Origin: Desulfuromonadales bacterium
GTDB taxonomy: Bacteria; Desulfobacterota; Desulfuromonadia; Desulfuromonadales; SZUA-540
DNA length: 64,000 bases
Reading direction: 5' to 3'
Assembly (NCBI GenBank): GCA_033549025.1
Contig: JAWSUS010000004.1
Coordinates: forward strand, 114,847 to 178,846
Shown here one piece after another: positions 8,723 to 17,664 of this stretch. The notes under the pieces were generated by a model, which was not told where the DNA came from, did no database searches, and was given only the letters and a program-made list of their open reading frames with translations. Numbering within the stretch: the first letter of the stretch is position 1; each line of letters starts with the position of its first letter. A program made the position numbers and the translations under genes.

Positions 8723-10556
8723 AGTCGAGTTCCTTTTGGTAGATGGGGTCTTTGGGGTTGTCGTGGCAGACCAGACATAGGTTGACCGCCAGCACTTTCT
8801 TCACCTCTGCCCCATTGAGGGGCCGGGAGTTCTCGCGGGTGATGGCGGAAAAGGCCTTTACCTTGCCGTTCTCCATCGTCAGATAACCGTCCAGAGGCTT
8901 GCTGTCTGATTTTTCGCACAGCAGGGTCCCTTCGATGGTGGCGCCCTCGATGACATGCTGCCCAAAACCGAGGAAAGACGGATTGCCATGACACTCGGCG
9001 CAGCCGACAGCCCGGGTGCCGGTGTTGTGGCTGTAAAAGGGGGCGAAACGCAGCTGTTGGCGGTCGCCGAAGCGGGCCACGTACTCGTCCTTGCTCTTGC
9101 GGCCGTCGCGTTCGATGACGGTGACGAAGGTCTGGCAGCCCGGTGTCACCGGCGAAACCTTCCCGCGCTGGTTCAAGGCCAGGGGGAAGGGGTAAAGCAT
9201 GCGAAAATCTTCTGTTTCGCTGAAGGCGCCGGGGGTGTCGTAGCCCTTGACAAAATCGCGAGCGTTGCGGGTGAGGTCGTACTCGGTGTGACAACCGTAG
9301 CACTGCACCACCGTACGCGAATGGCAGCTGTAACATTCGAGGCGGTCGTGGCCGACGATGGTGTGCTCCGGCGTGTCGGTGATGACCTTCGATTCATGTA
9401 GCTTACCGCTGCGCTTGCCCTGCAGCCAGATCTTGCCGTCCTGCTCGAAGACGTTGGCGTATTTGCGCCTCTTGGCTGTCAGCACCATGTTGGCGCCGTA
9501 GGTCATGGGCAGCTTGTAGCTGCGCGATTCTACCAAAGCGCTGTCGTTCTCACGGCTGATGGCTTCCAGCCGTGGGTGCTCCCGGGCGCCGCCGTGACAG
9601 TCTTCGCAGGCGGTCTCCGTCTGCAGATACATATTCTCGTAGGCGTAGCCATCCCCCATGACATCGCGGGAGGTGTGGCAGTCGATGCAGTCCATCCCCT
9701 TGGCGTGGTGGATGTCGGGGGCGATGCTGGTGACGTTGCGCACGCTGCCGATGAGTTCAGGGCCGGGGATGGCGTCTCGGGTGGGCACCAGGCTGTTGTT
9801 GCCGTCATTAAGGCCCTGGTAGGAGAGGGCGATGCGCCCACTGCGGTTGTGACAGCGGAAGCAGACCTTGTTGTCGGGCAGGGCGGCCATTTCATGGCTG
9901 GCCGAATAGGGCCACTTGCCATGCACCGTCTCGTCGCCGCCCTGGTAGGTGGCGTTGTCGTTGTAGGGGAAATGGCAGGCGGCGCAGCCCGCGCCATGGC
10001 TGCCCGTCCAAATCTGATTAGCTTCCTGGCCGACGTGGCAGAGTGAACAGCCCTTGCGATAGAGTTCACCGGCGAGATTGTTGAGGTCTTTGACGGGGTG
10101 CAGTTTTTGCGGGTCGCCCTTGGCGTCAAAAACCTCCTCCTGGCGGGTGCCGTACAACTGGCCGTCTACACCCTCCCAGGTGAGTTGGGCGTTTTTGATG
10201 ATGCCGGTGTTGGTGTACATCAGGTTGGAGCGGACCCGTTTCAGTTGGCTCTCGTGGCAGCCGCCGCAGCCCTTGTCCCAGAACGCGGGGTCTGCCGGAT
10301 TCTTTTTGCCGAACATGCCCCGGTGGGCGGCGTCCTTGTTGTCGGTGCCGGGGTCGCCGCCGTGACAGGTCGTGCAGGCGCCGTGGGTGGGGGAGGCGAG
10401 CTCCAGCCCCTGGTGGCAGCTCTCGCAGCGGGACTCCTCGTCCTGGCTGGTGGTGCAGCCGATGGCGGATAAAAGGAGCAGGACAGCCAAGGCCCAATAT
10501 GACAGAAGACGATGCAGCGGCATAGATTCAGTAATGATGGATGATGGCGATTTCAC
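8673..10556 (-). CDS. extM: Dodecaheme c-type cytochrome lipoprotein, ExtM-like
   Basis: 12 CxxCH motifs; lipobox SAIGC; true start may be ATG 10523. Confidence 0.85.
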   Translation of the reverse strand: MKSPSSIITESMPLHRLLSYWALAVLLLLSAIGCTTSQDEESRCESCHQGLELASPTHGACTTCHGGDPGTDNKDAAHRGMFGKKNPADPAFWDKGCGGCHESQLKRVRSNLMYTNTGIIKNAQLTWEGVDGQLYGTRQEEVFDAKGDPQKLHPVKDLNNLAGELYRKGCSLCHVGQEANQIWTGSHGAGCAACHFPYNDNATYQGGDETVHGKWPYSASHEMAALPDNKVCFRCHNRSGRIALSYQGLNDGNNSLVPTRDAIPGPELIGSVRNVTSIAPDIHHAKGMDCIDCHTSRDVMGDGYAYENMYLQTETACEDCHGGAREHPRLEAISRENDSALVESRSYKLPMTYGANMVLTAKRRKYANVFEQDGKIWLQGKRSGKLHESKVITDTPEHTIVGHDRLECYSCHSRTVVQCYGCHTEYDLTRNARDFVKGYDTPGAFSETEDFRMLYPFPLALNQRGKVSPVTPGCQTFVTVIERDGRKSKDEYVARFGDRQQLRFAPFYSHNTGTRAVGCAECHGNPSFLGFGQHVIEGATIEGTLLCEKSDSKPLDGYLTMENGKVKAFSAITRENSRPLNGAEVKKVLAVNLCLVCHDNPKDPIYQKELDYGALDRCLERSVPARP

Positions 10557-10640
10557 GAGATGAAAAGACTTCCGGTATCTTAACCGAAGTCCTCCGGGAC
10601 AACCAGTAAAAAGGTCGGCGGTGAAGCGTCGATGTTCACG

Positions 10641-10690
10641 AAAAAAAGCGGCTGACCGGATATCTCAGCGGGAAGAATCCGGCCAGCCGC
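10641..10690 (-). terminator. Intrinsic terminator/attenuator after extKL
   Basis: gcggctgaccggat/atccggccagccgc stem followed by a T7 tract on the minus strand. Confidence 0.7.
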
Positions 10691-10733
10691 GCATGGCAAG
10701 GTGGTTCATTGTCAGGAGGGCTACGGCCAGTGC

Positions 10734-12050
10734 TTAAAGTTTACTGACCTTCACCGTTTTGACCTCTTCCTTCCAGAGGAAGGGGTCGCTCTGCTTGTTG
10801 CCGTAAGGCAGATACCAGAGCTGCACTTTCAGTTCCATTTCCGTTTGCCCTTCGGGGAAGCGGATTTCAAAGTGTTCCTTGACTTTCTTTCCCGGGTGTA
10901 GCCCGGTGTCGGCAATGATGCCGCTCTTCTCGTAGGGGCCGCGGCCCATTTCGTCGCCCCGCGCAAATTTCTGCGGGATAGGCATGTAGATCTTGTCCTG
11001 ATTGTAAACTTCCTGACCATCCTTCGTTGTAGCGATTACCGACAGAACCAGTCGGTTGGGGGTCGGTCAGCCATCGGGGATGGCGTGGCCGGTGCGGTTG
11101 GTCATGGCCACGTCAAGCATGACCTGAGGCACCACATTACGGCCGTCACGCCAGTTCATAGCATTGGCATGGACTTCAAACTCCACGGCCCGATCCGCCA
11201 TGCCTTTGTCGCGGTAGCTCTGCATGTTGTGGCCGAGCCCGCTCTCTTGCATGTGACACTCCTGGCAGGTCTGGTCGCCGCCGCCGGCTACGTAGGACCA
11301 GAGGTAGCTGCCATAGGCCGTGGCGCACTGAGTGGGGTTGTCCAGCTCCAGGTTGGGCCCGAGGCCGTGACACTGGCCGCAGAGGATCGACTCCTTCATG
11401 ATGGGGCTGGCCTTCATGACCGGGAAGTCGGCATCCATGTGTTCGCCGTCCACGTTACCGTAGACCACGCCGGCCTGCGGATAGCCGTCGGCCCACTTGT
11501 GGGTGATGGCCATGCGGTTGTGGCAGACCAGGCAGTTGATGTTGAGCTTGAGCAGGGTTTCCTTCTTGGCTTCGAAGGTCTTCATGTCGTCTTCGGCGTA
11601 GGCGTTCATGAAGTCGTAGATGGTGCCGACGAATTCCTTGGCCACGGCGTCGGTGGCGTCAGCCAGCTGGGGCAGGTGGCACTTGGCGCAGCCCATCAGG
11701 TGTTCGACTTCGACATCCTTGGGGTCGGTGACGCCCGAATAGGCCCAGGACATAAAGCCGTTGGTAAAGGCGGTCTTGAAAGTGGCGGCGGTACGGCCGG
11801 TGCCGTACACCGAGCGGGAGTGAGCCGATTGGGCCCACTCGTCATGCGCCTCCTGGTGGCAGTCGACGCAGGAGCTCGAATCGTACATGTCGATCAGCTC
11901 CTGCAGGGTGTTCGCTTTGCCTTTTTTGGCGGCGATGGTGCCGTCCTTGCCGATGCCCGCCGCCTCGCTGGGAGAGGGAGCCAGGCCAAAGGTGGCAGCC
12001 GCCAGGAAAGCGAGACCCCAGATACTAAGAGTCCTTCCTGTCGCGTTCAT
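10734..12050 (-). CDS. extKL: Pentaheme c-type selenocytochrome ExtKL (Sec at in-frame TGA 11067-11069)
   Basis: 5 Cxx[20 protein letters not shown] continues in frame into the 10734-10985 ORF; hairpin directly after the TGA; 438 aa in total. Confidence 0.9.
11039..11066 (-). promoter_or_regulatory. Putative SECIS element of extKL
   Basis: ccgac-cccc-aacc-GACT-ggtt-ct-gtcgg stem-loop immediately 3' of UGA. Confidence 0.75.
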
Positions 12051-12091
12051 ATCCGTTCCATTTCATATTTGGGTTGTTTGGTGCAGTTCAG

Positions 12092-12136
12092 AAAAAAATC
12101 AGGGCAGATCAGGCCCATTTAAGCCCGACCTGCCCC
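12092..12136 (-). terminator. Hairpin plus U-tract between extJ and extKL
   Basis: gggcag..../....ctgccc stem with a T-run on the minus strand. Confidence 0.5.
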
Positions 12137-12147
12137 GAGGGTGGGAA

Positions 12148-12390
12148 TTAGCAGCCCATCAGCATGTCTTTGCCTTTTTTAGGGGCGGCTTTCTTCTCTT
12201 CTTTTTCTTTCTTTACTTCCACTTTCACGGCATCGCCGACGCTCACGTCAGCCGCATCGCCTTTTTCCACTTCAATAGTGACCGTTTTGCCGCTGACGGC
12301 GGTGACCTTGCCTTTAAGCTCGGCTTCGTCAGCGAAGGCGACGCCGGCGCTCAGCAGGGTGATAGCGGTCAGAATAAGCAGTTTTTTCAT
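12148..12390 (-). CDS. extJ: Small periplasmic protein ExtJ-like
   Basis: Signal peptide, OB-like GKVTAVSGKTVTIEV, C-terminal LMGC; sits between the porin and extKL. Confidence 0.8.
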   Translation of the reverse strand: MKKLLILTAITLLSAGVAFADEAELKGKVTAVSGKTVTIEVEKGDAADVSVGDAVKVEVKKEKEEKKAAPKKGKDMLMGC

Positions 12391-12422
12391 GGTTTCTCTC
12401 CTTTTTTACTATTCAGCAGAGG

Positions 12423-13607
12423 TTAAAAAATCAGCTGCAGCTGGGCAGCCAGGGTGTTGATATCCTCGGTCTTCTCGCCACCGAAGAACCCTTCCTGGTC
12501 GAAGTCTGCCACAGAATACTCAACAGTCAACTTGAGATCCTGGCCGCGCAGATAATAGTTGAAGCCAGCGGCGTAGGCGGTGATTTCCTGGTCAACCACA
12601 TTGTTCAAGGTGGCAAAAGACCAGTCTTCATAACGGGCGAAGATCTGCAGCGGAGTGTTGGGCAGCATGTAGCCGGCCTTGTAGTAAGAGCCGTTTTTCT
12701 CGCCGTTGATGCCGGTGAGGCCGGTAGCGGTGTTGGTCTGGTAAGCGTCGTCGAGATCATAGTCGACGTAGGCGCCGGACAGGGTGAAGGTGCCGACATC
12801 TTCGACCGGATACTCGAAGAAGCCGTCCACGGTCCAGGCGGCGTAATCGACGGAACCGCTATTGGGAGCTTCGTACTCGACGTCAGACTCGAACTGGTAG
12901 GCGGCGCCCACGGTGAGGACCTTCTTCTCGCCCATGTAGGTGCCTTTGTAGCCGTAGCCGGTCTCTTTGTCGAACAGGCTCACATGACCGCGTGCGCTGT
13001 AGCGCAGGTTCGATTTGGGGGTGGAGTCGCTGTCGTTGCGGCCGTTCATGGCGTCAACGCGGTACTGGAACATGCCGTCAGCCAGATTGCCCCACACGGC
13101 CACCCCTTTGTCGCGGGTGCTGACATAAGGGGCGCGGATGAAGTACGACCGGTCGAGGGTCAGGGGCGCCTCGCAGGCTTCGAGGTTTTCACGGGTCAGG
13201 TTGTATTTGAACTGACCGACCCAGATGTTGACCTGCTCGTTGAGCTTGAAGCGCATGACGGCATCCAGAATGCGGAAATCCGAGTTGTCGCCGTCACTGA
13301 CGGAAATAGATCTGATGTTGTTGTCCTCGTTGAATTCGGTCTGCACATAGAGGCCGAAGTTGGAGCCGTAGGCGCCCATGAGGGCCAGACGGTTGCGACG
13401 GAAGTTGAACTCGCTGGCCGACTCGTCATTGTTCTCACCGGCGCCGGTGTCACGATGGTTGAACTGGAACTGACCTTTGTACTCCAGTTTGAGCAGGCCC
13501 TGGTCCTCGGGACCAAACTGCCAGACGGGTCCGGCCACGGCCGTAGAGGCCAACAGCATCATGCCCGCGAGGGAAGTTACGATATGACGTAGTTTCACGG
13601 TATTCAC
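12423..13607 (-). CDS. extI: Outer-membrane porin (phosphate-selective porin O/P-like), ExtI
   Basis: Signal peptide, FRRNRL, GQFK, RD.G, terminal QLIF beta-signal. Confidence 0.85.
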   Translation of the reverse strand: MNTVKLRHIVTSLAGMMLLASTAVAGPVWQFGPEDQGLLKLEYKGQFQFNHRDTGAGENNDESASEFNFRRNRLALMGAYGSNFGLYVQTEFNEDNNIRSISVSDGDNSDFRILDAVMRFKLNEQVNIWVGQFKYNLTRENLEACEAPLTLDRSYFIRAPYVSTRDKGVAVWGNLADGMFQYRVDAMNGRNDSDSTPKSNLRYSARGHVSLFDKETGYGYKGTYMGEKKVLTVGAAYQFESDVEYEAPNSGSVDYAAWTVDGFFEYPVEDVGTFTLSGAYVDYDLDDAYQTNTATGLTGINGEKNGSYYKAGYMLPNTPLQIFARYEDWSFATLNNVVDQEITAYAAGFNYYLRGQDLKLTVEYSVADFDQEGFFGGEKTEDINTLAAQLQLIF

Positions 13608-13650
13608 TCCTTTATGGAAAGTTCCGAATTTCAGATATAGCTCAAATTAC

Positions 13651-15045
13651 TTAGCACAGAGGCGCATCGCTACCGCTAACAGGCGTAGCCGGACCACTTT
13701 CGGCGCCGCCACTGGAAATATAAGCGTCATCCGTCGTTTCAACCTGGTTGGTTTCGGCCGCGCCCGGCGCGTACCAGTTCTCAAGGTCAGCGCTGAAGGG
13801 AGTCCGGTAGATGTCGCTAATTGTCAAGGGGACTATAGAGTCATCTGCGAGTTTCTTTGTGTTACCGTTTGTAGCATTGTACGAAGGTCCTGTTGTCCCG
13901 TCGGTGGAGACCACGTATTGCGAAAGATCCCAAAGGCTCCCAATGGGAAGTCCAGCGCCGGTCACACTATCGTATCCATCTTCGGCAACGGTGCCGGTAA
14001 TGGCGGCGTACTGGCCCGCGGTGCTCCAAGAGCCGTCAAAGACCTGGACGGGGCTACCGAGGATGGCTTCAAGTGCGAAGTAGATCGGGGTGCAGGAGTA
14101 GCCGGAAGTGCAGTATGTGATAACTGGCAGGCCCGGTTCCCAGCCCACGGCTTCAAAAAGGCTTGTAAGATCGTTGGTGGTGTCGGCGTCATCGTCGCTG
14201 ACAGGCTTGAATTTGCCGTCAGAGCCGAAAAGGGTCCCTTGGGACAACGCTACGCCGCCAGCGGGGCGACCTTCAAAAACGACGAAATTGCTACCCATTA
14301 GGGAGCCAGTCGCGGCTGTACCGTAGAACCCGGAGGTTGTAGAGGTCAGGGAGGCGCGGGCGTCCATAGTCAGGTAATCGACGCCGTTGACTTCATCTGA
14401 GTCCAGTTTGGCAATGAGTTCACCGATGGAAACGCGCAGGTCGCTGTTCAGGGTCCCCAGATTCTTGACGCTGTAAGTCGAGGGTGTAGGCTCTGGAACT
14501 TCTGCAGTCAGTTCAAAACCATCAGCAGCCCAGGCATTATAGCCCCCGTTAAGCACTTTCAGGCGTTCCTGAGGGAATCCCCAGTAGCGGAATGTCCAGT
14601 AGACGCGGGTTTCAAGATACATAGACCCGGAAGTGACGAAAACGATAGTGGTGTTCTCGTCGATTCCCAGGCGCTGGATGACGGCGTCCATTTGCTCGCC
14701 GGTGGCAACCATTGATCCTGCTGGAGCCAGGCCATCAAGGCGGGTGCCGCGCAATTCATTGGTGCCAACACGACAGGCTCCGGGTATCCGGTCACCACTG
14801 CTGCCGTACTCGAGGATAACAACCTTATCGTTGAAACTGCTGTCAGTATTGACCAGGCCCTGATCAATCCAGGCCTTAAGGGTAGCTGGTTCAATAAGTA
14901 CATCTGTGGCTGAGCCAGCCACCGGGGTGTTGGTGACGGTCGTTGGGGTATCATAGCTGTCCGACCCGCAACCCCACATGACCACAGAGGTCAGCAGAGC
15001 CAGGGTCACCATCATAAACGATTTTCTGAACGTGCTCAGATTCAT
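13651..15045 (-). CDS. extH: Tandem rhodanese/sulfurtransferase lipoprotein ExtH
   Basis: Lipobox MWGC; RIPGA, LGI...TTIV, VLNGG..AW, YCTSG active-site loop, FDGSW; terminal Cys. Confidence 0.85.
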   Translation of the reverse strand: MNLSTFRKSFMMVTLALLTSVVMWGCGSDSYDTPTTVTNTPVAGSATDVLIEPATLKAWIDQGLVNTDSSFNDKVVILEYGSSGDRIPGACRVGTNELRGTRLDGLAPAGSMVATGEQMDAVIQRLGIDENTTIVFVTSGSMYLETRVYWTFRYWGFPQERLKVLNGGYNAWAADGFELTAEVPEPTPSTYSVKNLGTLNSDLRVSIGELIAKLDSDEVNGVDYLTMDARASLTSTTSGFYGTAATGSLMGSNFVVFEGRPAGGVALSQGTLFGSDGKFKPVSDDDADTTNDLTSLFEAVGWEPGLPVITYCTSGYSCTPIYFALEAILGSPVQVFDGSWSTAGQYAAITGTVAEDGYDSVTGAGLPIGSLWDLSQYVVSTDGTTGPSYNATNGNTKKLADDSIVPLTISDIYRTPFSADLENWYAPGAAETNQVETTDDAYISSGGAESGPATPVSGSDAPLC

Positions 15046-15199
15046 GATTAGGTGCCTCCAAAGTTAGATTCGATACCGCTTGTGTTCGTTACCTTGGTCC
15101 AGTTTGTTAAGGTCCTTTCCCGGGCAACCTCCTTTCTCATTTGTGTTTTGCCGATGTTCAACTCGTATGGCCGGCCACCGAGGCGCGGCCTCTCAGTGC

Positions 15200-15787
15200 T
15201 CAGATCGCCTTGATTGCCGCCCAGGCGTTCTCGATAATCAGGTCGCCGATCTCCGTCAGCGGTTCTTCCAGTACACAGATCAGGCGCAGTTCGGCGGCGC
15301 GCAGGATGACGCCGGTGTAGGCCGCGCCCAGAATGTAAACCTCGCCCGCTTTGATCTCGCCGTCTTCGATGCCTTTACGCACGATAGTCTGTACCCGTCG
15401 AAAAGGATCGGTGAAGCAGAGGGGCGGTTCTATCGATTTGAGATCGCCCTGGTTGATGAAGAGCATGTAGCCCATCATGTCAGGGTCGTTCTCGGTAATC
15501 TCGAAAATCAGCCGGGCAAAGACCGCGAGTTTGTCCCGGGCGGTCTTCTTGTCTGCCAGGCGTTGGTCGAATTCCTGGTAAAAGTCGTCCAGGGTCTGCT
15601 TGCGTATAAAGCTGACCAGGTTCTCCTTGCTGCCGAAGTGGTGATAGATCGCACCGGTGCTGGTGCCCGAGGCCTTGACGATCATGGGAATGGAAACATG
15701 GTGAACGCCATTCTTGACAAAAAGACTGCGGGCAACTTTGACGATTTGGTCATGCTTAACTTGTGGTTTGGGAAGGGTTGTAGCCAC
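15200..15787 (-). CDS. TetR/AcrR family regulator heading the ext operon
   Basis: HTH SIPMIVKASGTSTGAIYHHFGSKE; GTG start. Confidence 0.9.
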   Translation of the reverse strand: MATTLPKPQVKHDQIVKVARSLFVKNGVHHVSIPMIVKASGTSTGAIYHHFGSKENLVSFIRKQTLDDFYQEFDQRLADKKTARDKLAVFARLIFEITENDPDMMGYMLFINQGDLKSIEPPLCFTDPFRRVQTIVRKGIEDGEIKAGEVYILGAAYTGVILRAAELRLICVLEEPLTEIGDLIIENAWAAIKAI

Positions 15788-15798
15788 CTAAATAACTC

Positions 15799-15818
15799 CA
15801 GAAAGAATGTTCGTTCTG
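15799..15818. promoter_or_regulatory. Putative TetR operator (CAGAAAGAAT|GTTCGTTCTG)
   Basis: 8/10 inverted repeat between the sigma54 site and the tetR start. Confidence 0.55.
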
Positions 15819-15830
15819 TTTTTCTCTGAG

Positions 15831-15847
15831 AGCATAATTTGTGCCCA
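15831..15847 (-). promoter_or_regulatory. Sigma54 (-24/-12) promoter for tetR-ext operon
   Basis: Minus strand TGGGCACAAATTATGCT = GG-N10-GC with GGCAC. Confidence 0.6.
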
Positions 15848-16176
15848 AGAAATGGTCGAATGGGGCGTTTTAATAGATTGGGATGTTTGAATTCTTGTTA
15901 AATCCACATGTTGCGGTGTTTTAATGTCTTTACAGTTTTATCTTGGAAGGGGCGGGACTGTGGTGTCGCCTGTGCCGCGATTTTGCTGGGAAGGCTGCTT
16001 TGGTGGTAAACCCGTGGAGGGAGTGGTCAGCTTGATTGCGGCTGGTCATTTGGCTGCATTATACAGGTTAAATCACGGAGTCAAGCGAGGCTAAGATATT
16101 GTTATATAAGTATTTTTGTTTATAGAGGTATTTGGATTAAGCGAATCGTTTGACGCTGCCCAGGCAGAAATGGCCC

Positions 16177-16204
16177 TTGACAGGATGGGCGGAAAAGGTA
16201 TGAT
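16177..16204 (+). promoter_or_regulatory. Sigma70-like promoter for mob/mod operon
   Basis: TTGACA-16 nt-TATGAT. Confidence 0.5.
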
Positions 16205-16241
16205 TTTGCCGTTGTGCAAAATACGCATATCGGAGGATAGC

Positions 16242-16826
16242 TTGGCAGAATTCGAGGATGTGACCGGCGTCTTGCTGGCTGGTGGGCAGAGCCAGCGCAT
16301 GGGGCGTGACAAGGCGACGCTGCCTGTTGGCGGGGTACCGCTTTACCGGCGCGCCCTGAGGGTGCTGCGGAGCCTTTTCGCCCAGGTTCTCATCGCCGGC
16401 GACCGCCCTGATCTGGCTGGCGAGGGTGTGCCCTGCTATGGCGACATCTATCCCGGCAGCTCCCTCGGCGGGCTCTATACGGGGCTGCTGCGGGCAAGCA
16501 CGCCCTTCATATTCGTCGCGGCCTGCGACATGCCCTCGCCCGACCCTGCTCTTATCCGCAGTCTGCTGTCCTGGCGCCGCGACTTCGACGTGGTGGTGCC
16601 GCGCACGCCGGCGGGGCTGGAGCCCCTCTTCGCCTGCTACGGCAAGGGGTGCCTGGCACCCATGGAAGAGCTGCTGCGGCAGGGCCGCTACCGCATTTAC
16701 GATTTTTACGACCAGGTGCGCGTTCGTTACGTGGAGGCGGACGAACTGCCCTCCGGCTGGCAGCAGGCCCTGCGCAACGTCAATACCCCCGCCGACATGG
16801 CGACCATCAAGGAGGAACTGTCATGA
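16242..16826 (+). CDS. mobA: Molybdenum cofactor guanylyltransferase
   Basis: LAGGQSQRMGRDKA, ACDMP, EPL, NVNTP; GGAGG then TTG start at 16242. Confidence 0.92.
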   Translation: MAEFEDVTGVLLAGGQSQRMGRDKATLPVGGVPLYRRALRVLRSLFAQVLIAGDRPDLAGEGVPCYGDIYPGSSLGGLYTGLLRASTPFIFVAACDMPSPDPALIRSLLSWRRDFDVVVPRTPAGLEPLFACYGKGCLAPMEELLRQGRYRIYDFYDQVRVRYVEADELPSGWQQALRNVNTPADMATIKEELS

Positions 16827-17332
16827 ACGTACCCGTTGTTTCGGTCGTGGCCAAAAGCGGCACCGGCAAGACGACCCTGCTGGAGAAGCTCATTGCCGGC
16901 CTGAAGGGGCGCGGCTACCGGGTGGGGGCGCTCAAGCACGACGCCCACCGCTTCGAGATGGATCACGAGGGCAAGGATTCCTGGCGGCTGACCCAGGCCG
17001 GCGCCGCCACCACCGTGATCACCTCGCCGGCCAAGATTGCCATGATCAAGATGAACCGCGACGCCCAGGAGCCGCCGCTGGAGGAGACGATCCAGCGGCT
17101 TTTCGCCGATGTGGACATCGTGATGACCGAGGGCTTCAAGAAGAGCGCCATGCCCAAGATCGAAGTGCACCGCACCGCCCGCAGCGAACGTCTGCTCTGC
17201 CGGGATGAAGAGCACGACCCCACCCTTATCGCCGTGGCCTCCGACGCCGGACTGCAGCTGGATGTGCCGGTCTTTCATATCGATGACGCCGAAGCGATCT
17301 GCGATTTCATCGAAGCGCGGTTTTTGCGGTGA
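16823..17332 (+). CDS. mobB: Molybdopterin-guanine dinucleotide biosynthesis protein B
   Basis: SGTGKTT, KHDAH.F..D..GKDS, EGFK. Confidence 0.93.
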   Translation: MNVPVVSVVAKSGTGKTTLLEKLIAGLKGRGYRVGALKHDAHRFEMDHEGKDSWRLTQAGAATTVITSPAKIAMIKMNRDAQEPPLEETIQRLFADVDIVMTEGFKKSAMPKIEVHRTARSERLLCRDEEHDPTLIAVASDAGLQLDVPVFHIDDAEAICDFIEARFLR

Positions 17333-17664
17333 CCACTGTGCAGGCCCGTTCGAAAGTCTGGCTGGAGGTCGACGGTCAGCCGCTCTTGGGAGATGGCCGC
17401 GAACGCCTTCTGCGCCTGGTGCATGAAACGGGCTCCATCAGTGCGGCGGCCCGGGCGATGGGCGTCTCGTACCGCAAAGCCTGGACCCAGCTGCAATGCA
17501 TGGAGGACCTGCTGACTTGGCCGTTGCTGGTGCGGCAGAAGGGTGGGGCGCAGAAGGGGAAAACGTCCTTGACGCCTGAAGCCCTGGAGCTGTTGCAGCA
17601 GTTCGACGACCTCAAGCAAGGGGTGCGCGAGTTTGTCGATGCCCGCTATCGGGAGGTCTTCTGA
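17329..17664 (+). CDS. modE: ModE-type winged-helix regulator (N-terminal domain only)
   Basis: KVWLE, G.GR..LL, GSISAAA..MG.SY.KAW, GG...G...LT. Confidence 0.85.
   Translation: MTTVQARSKVWLEVDGQPLLGDGRERLLRLVHETGSISAAARAMGVSYRKAWTQLQCMEDLLTWPLLVRQKGGAQKGKTSLTPEALELLQQFDDLKQGVREFVDARYREVF

Noticed and set aside
13651..15045. Lower GC of extH suggesting allele replacement
   Set aside because: Could equally reflect high-expression codon bias; not resolvable without computation
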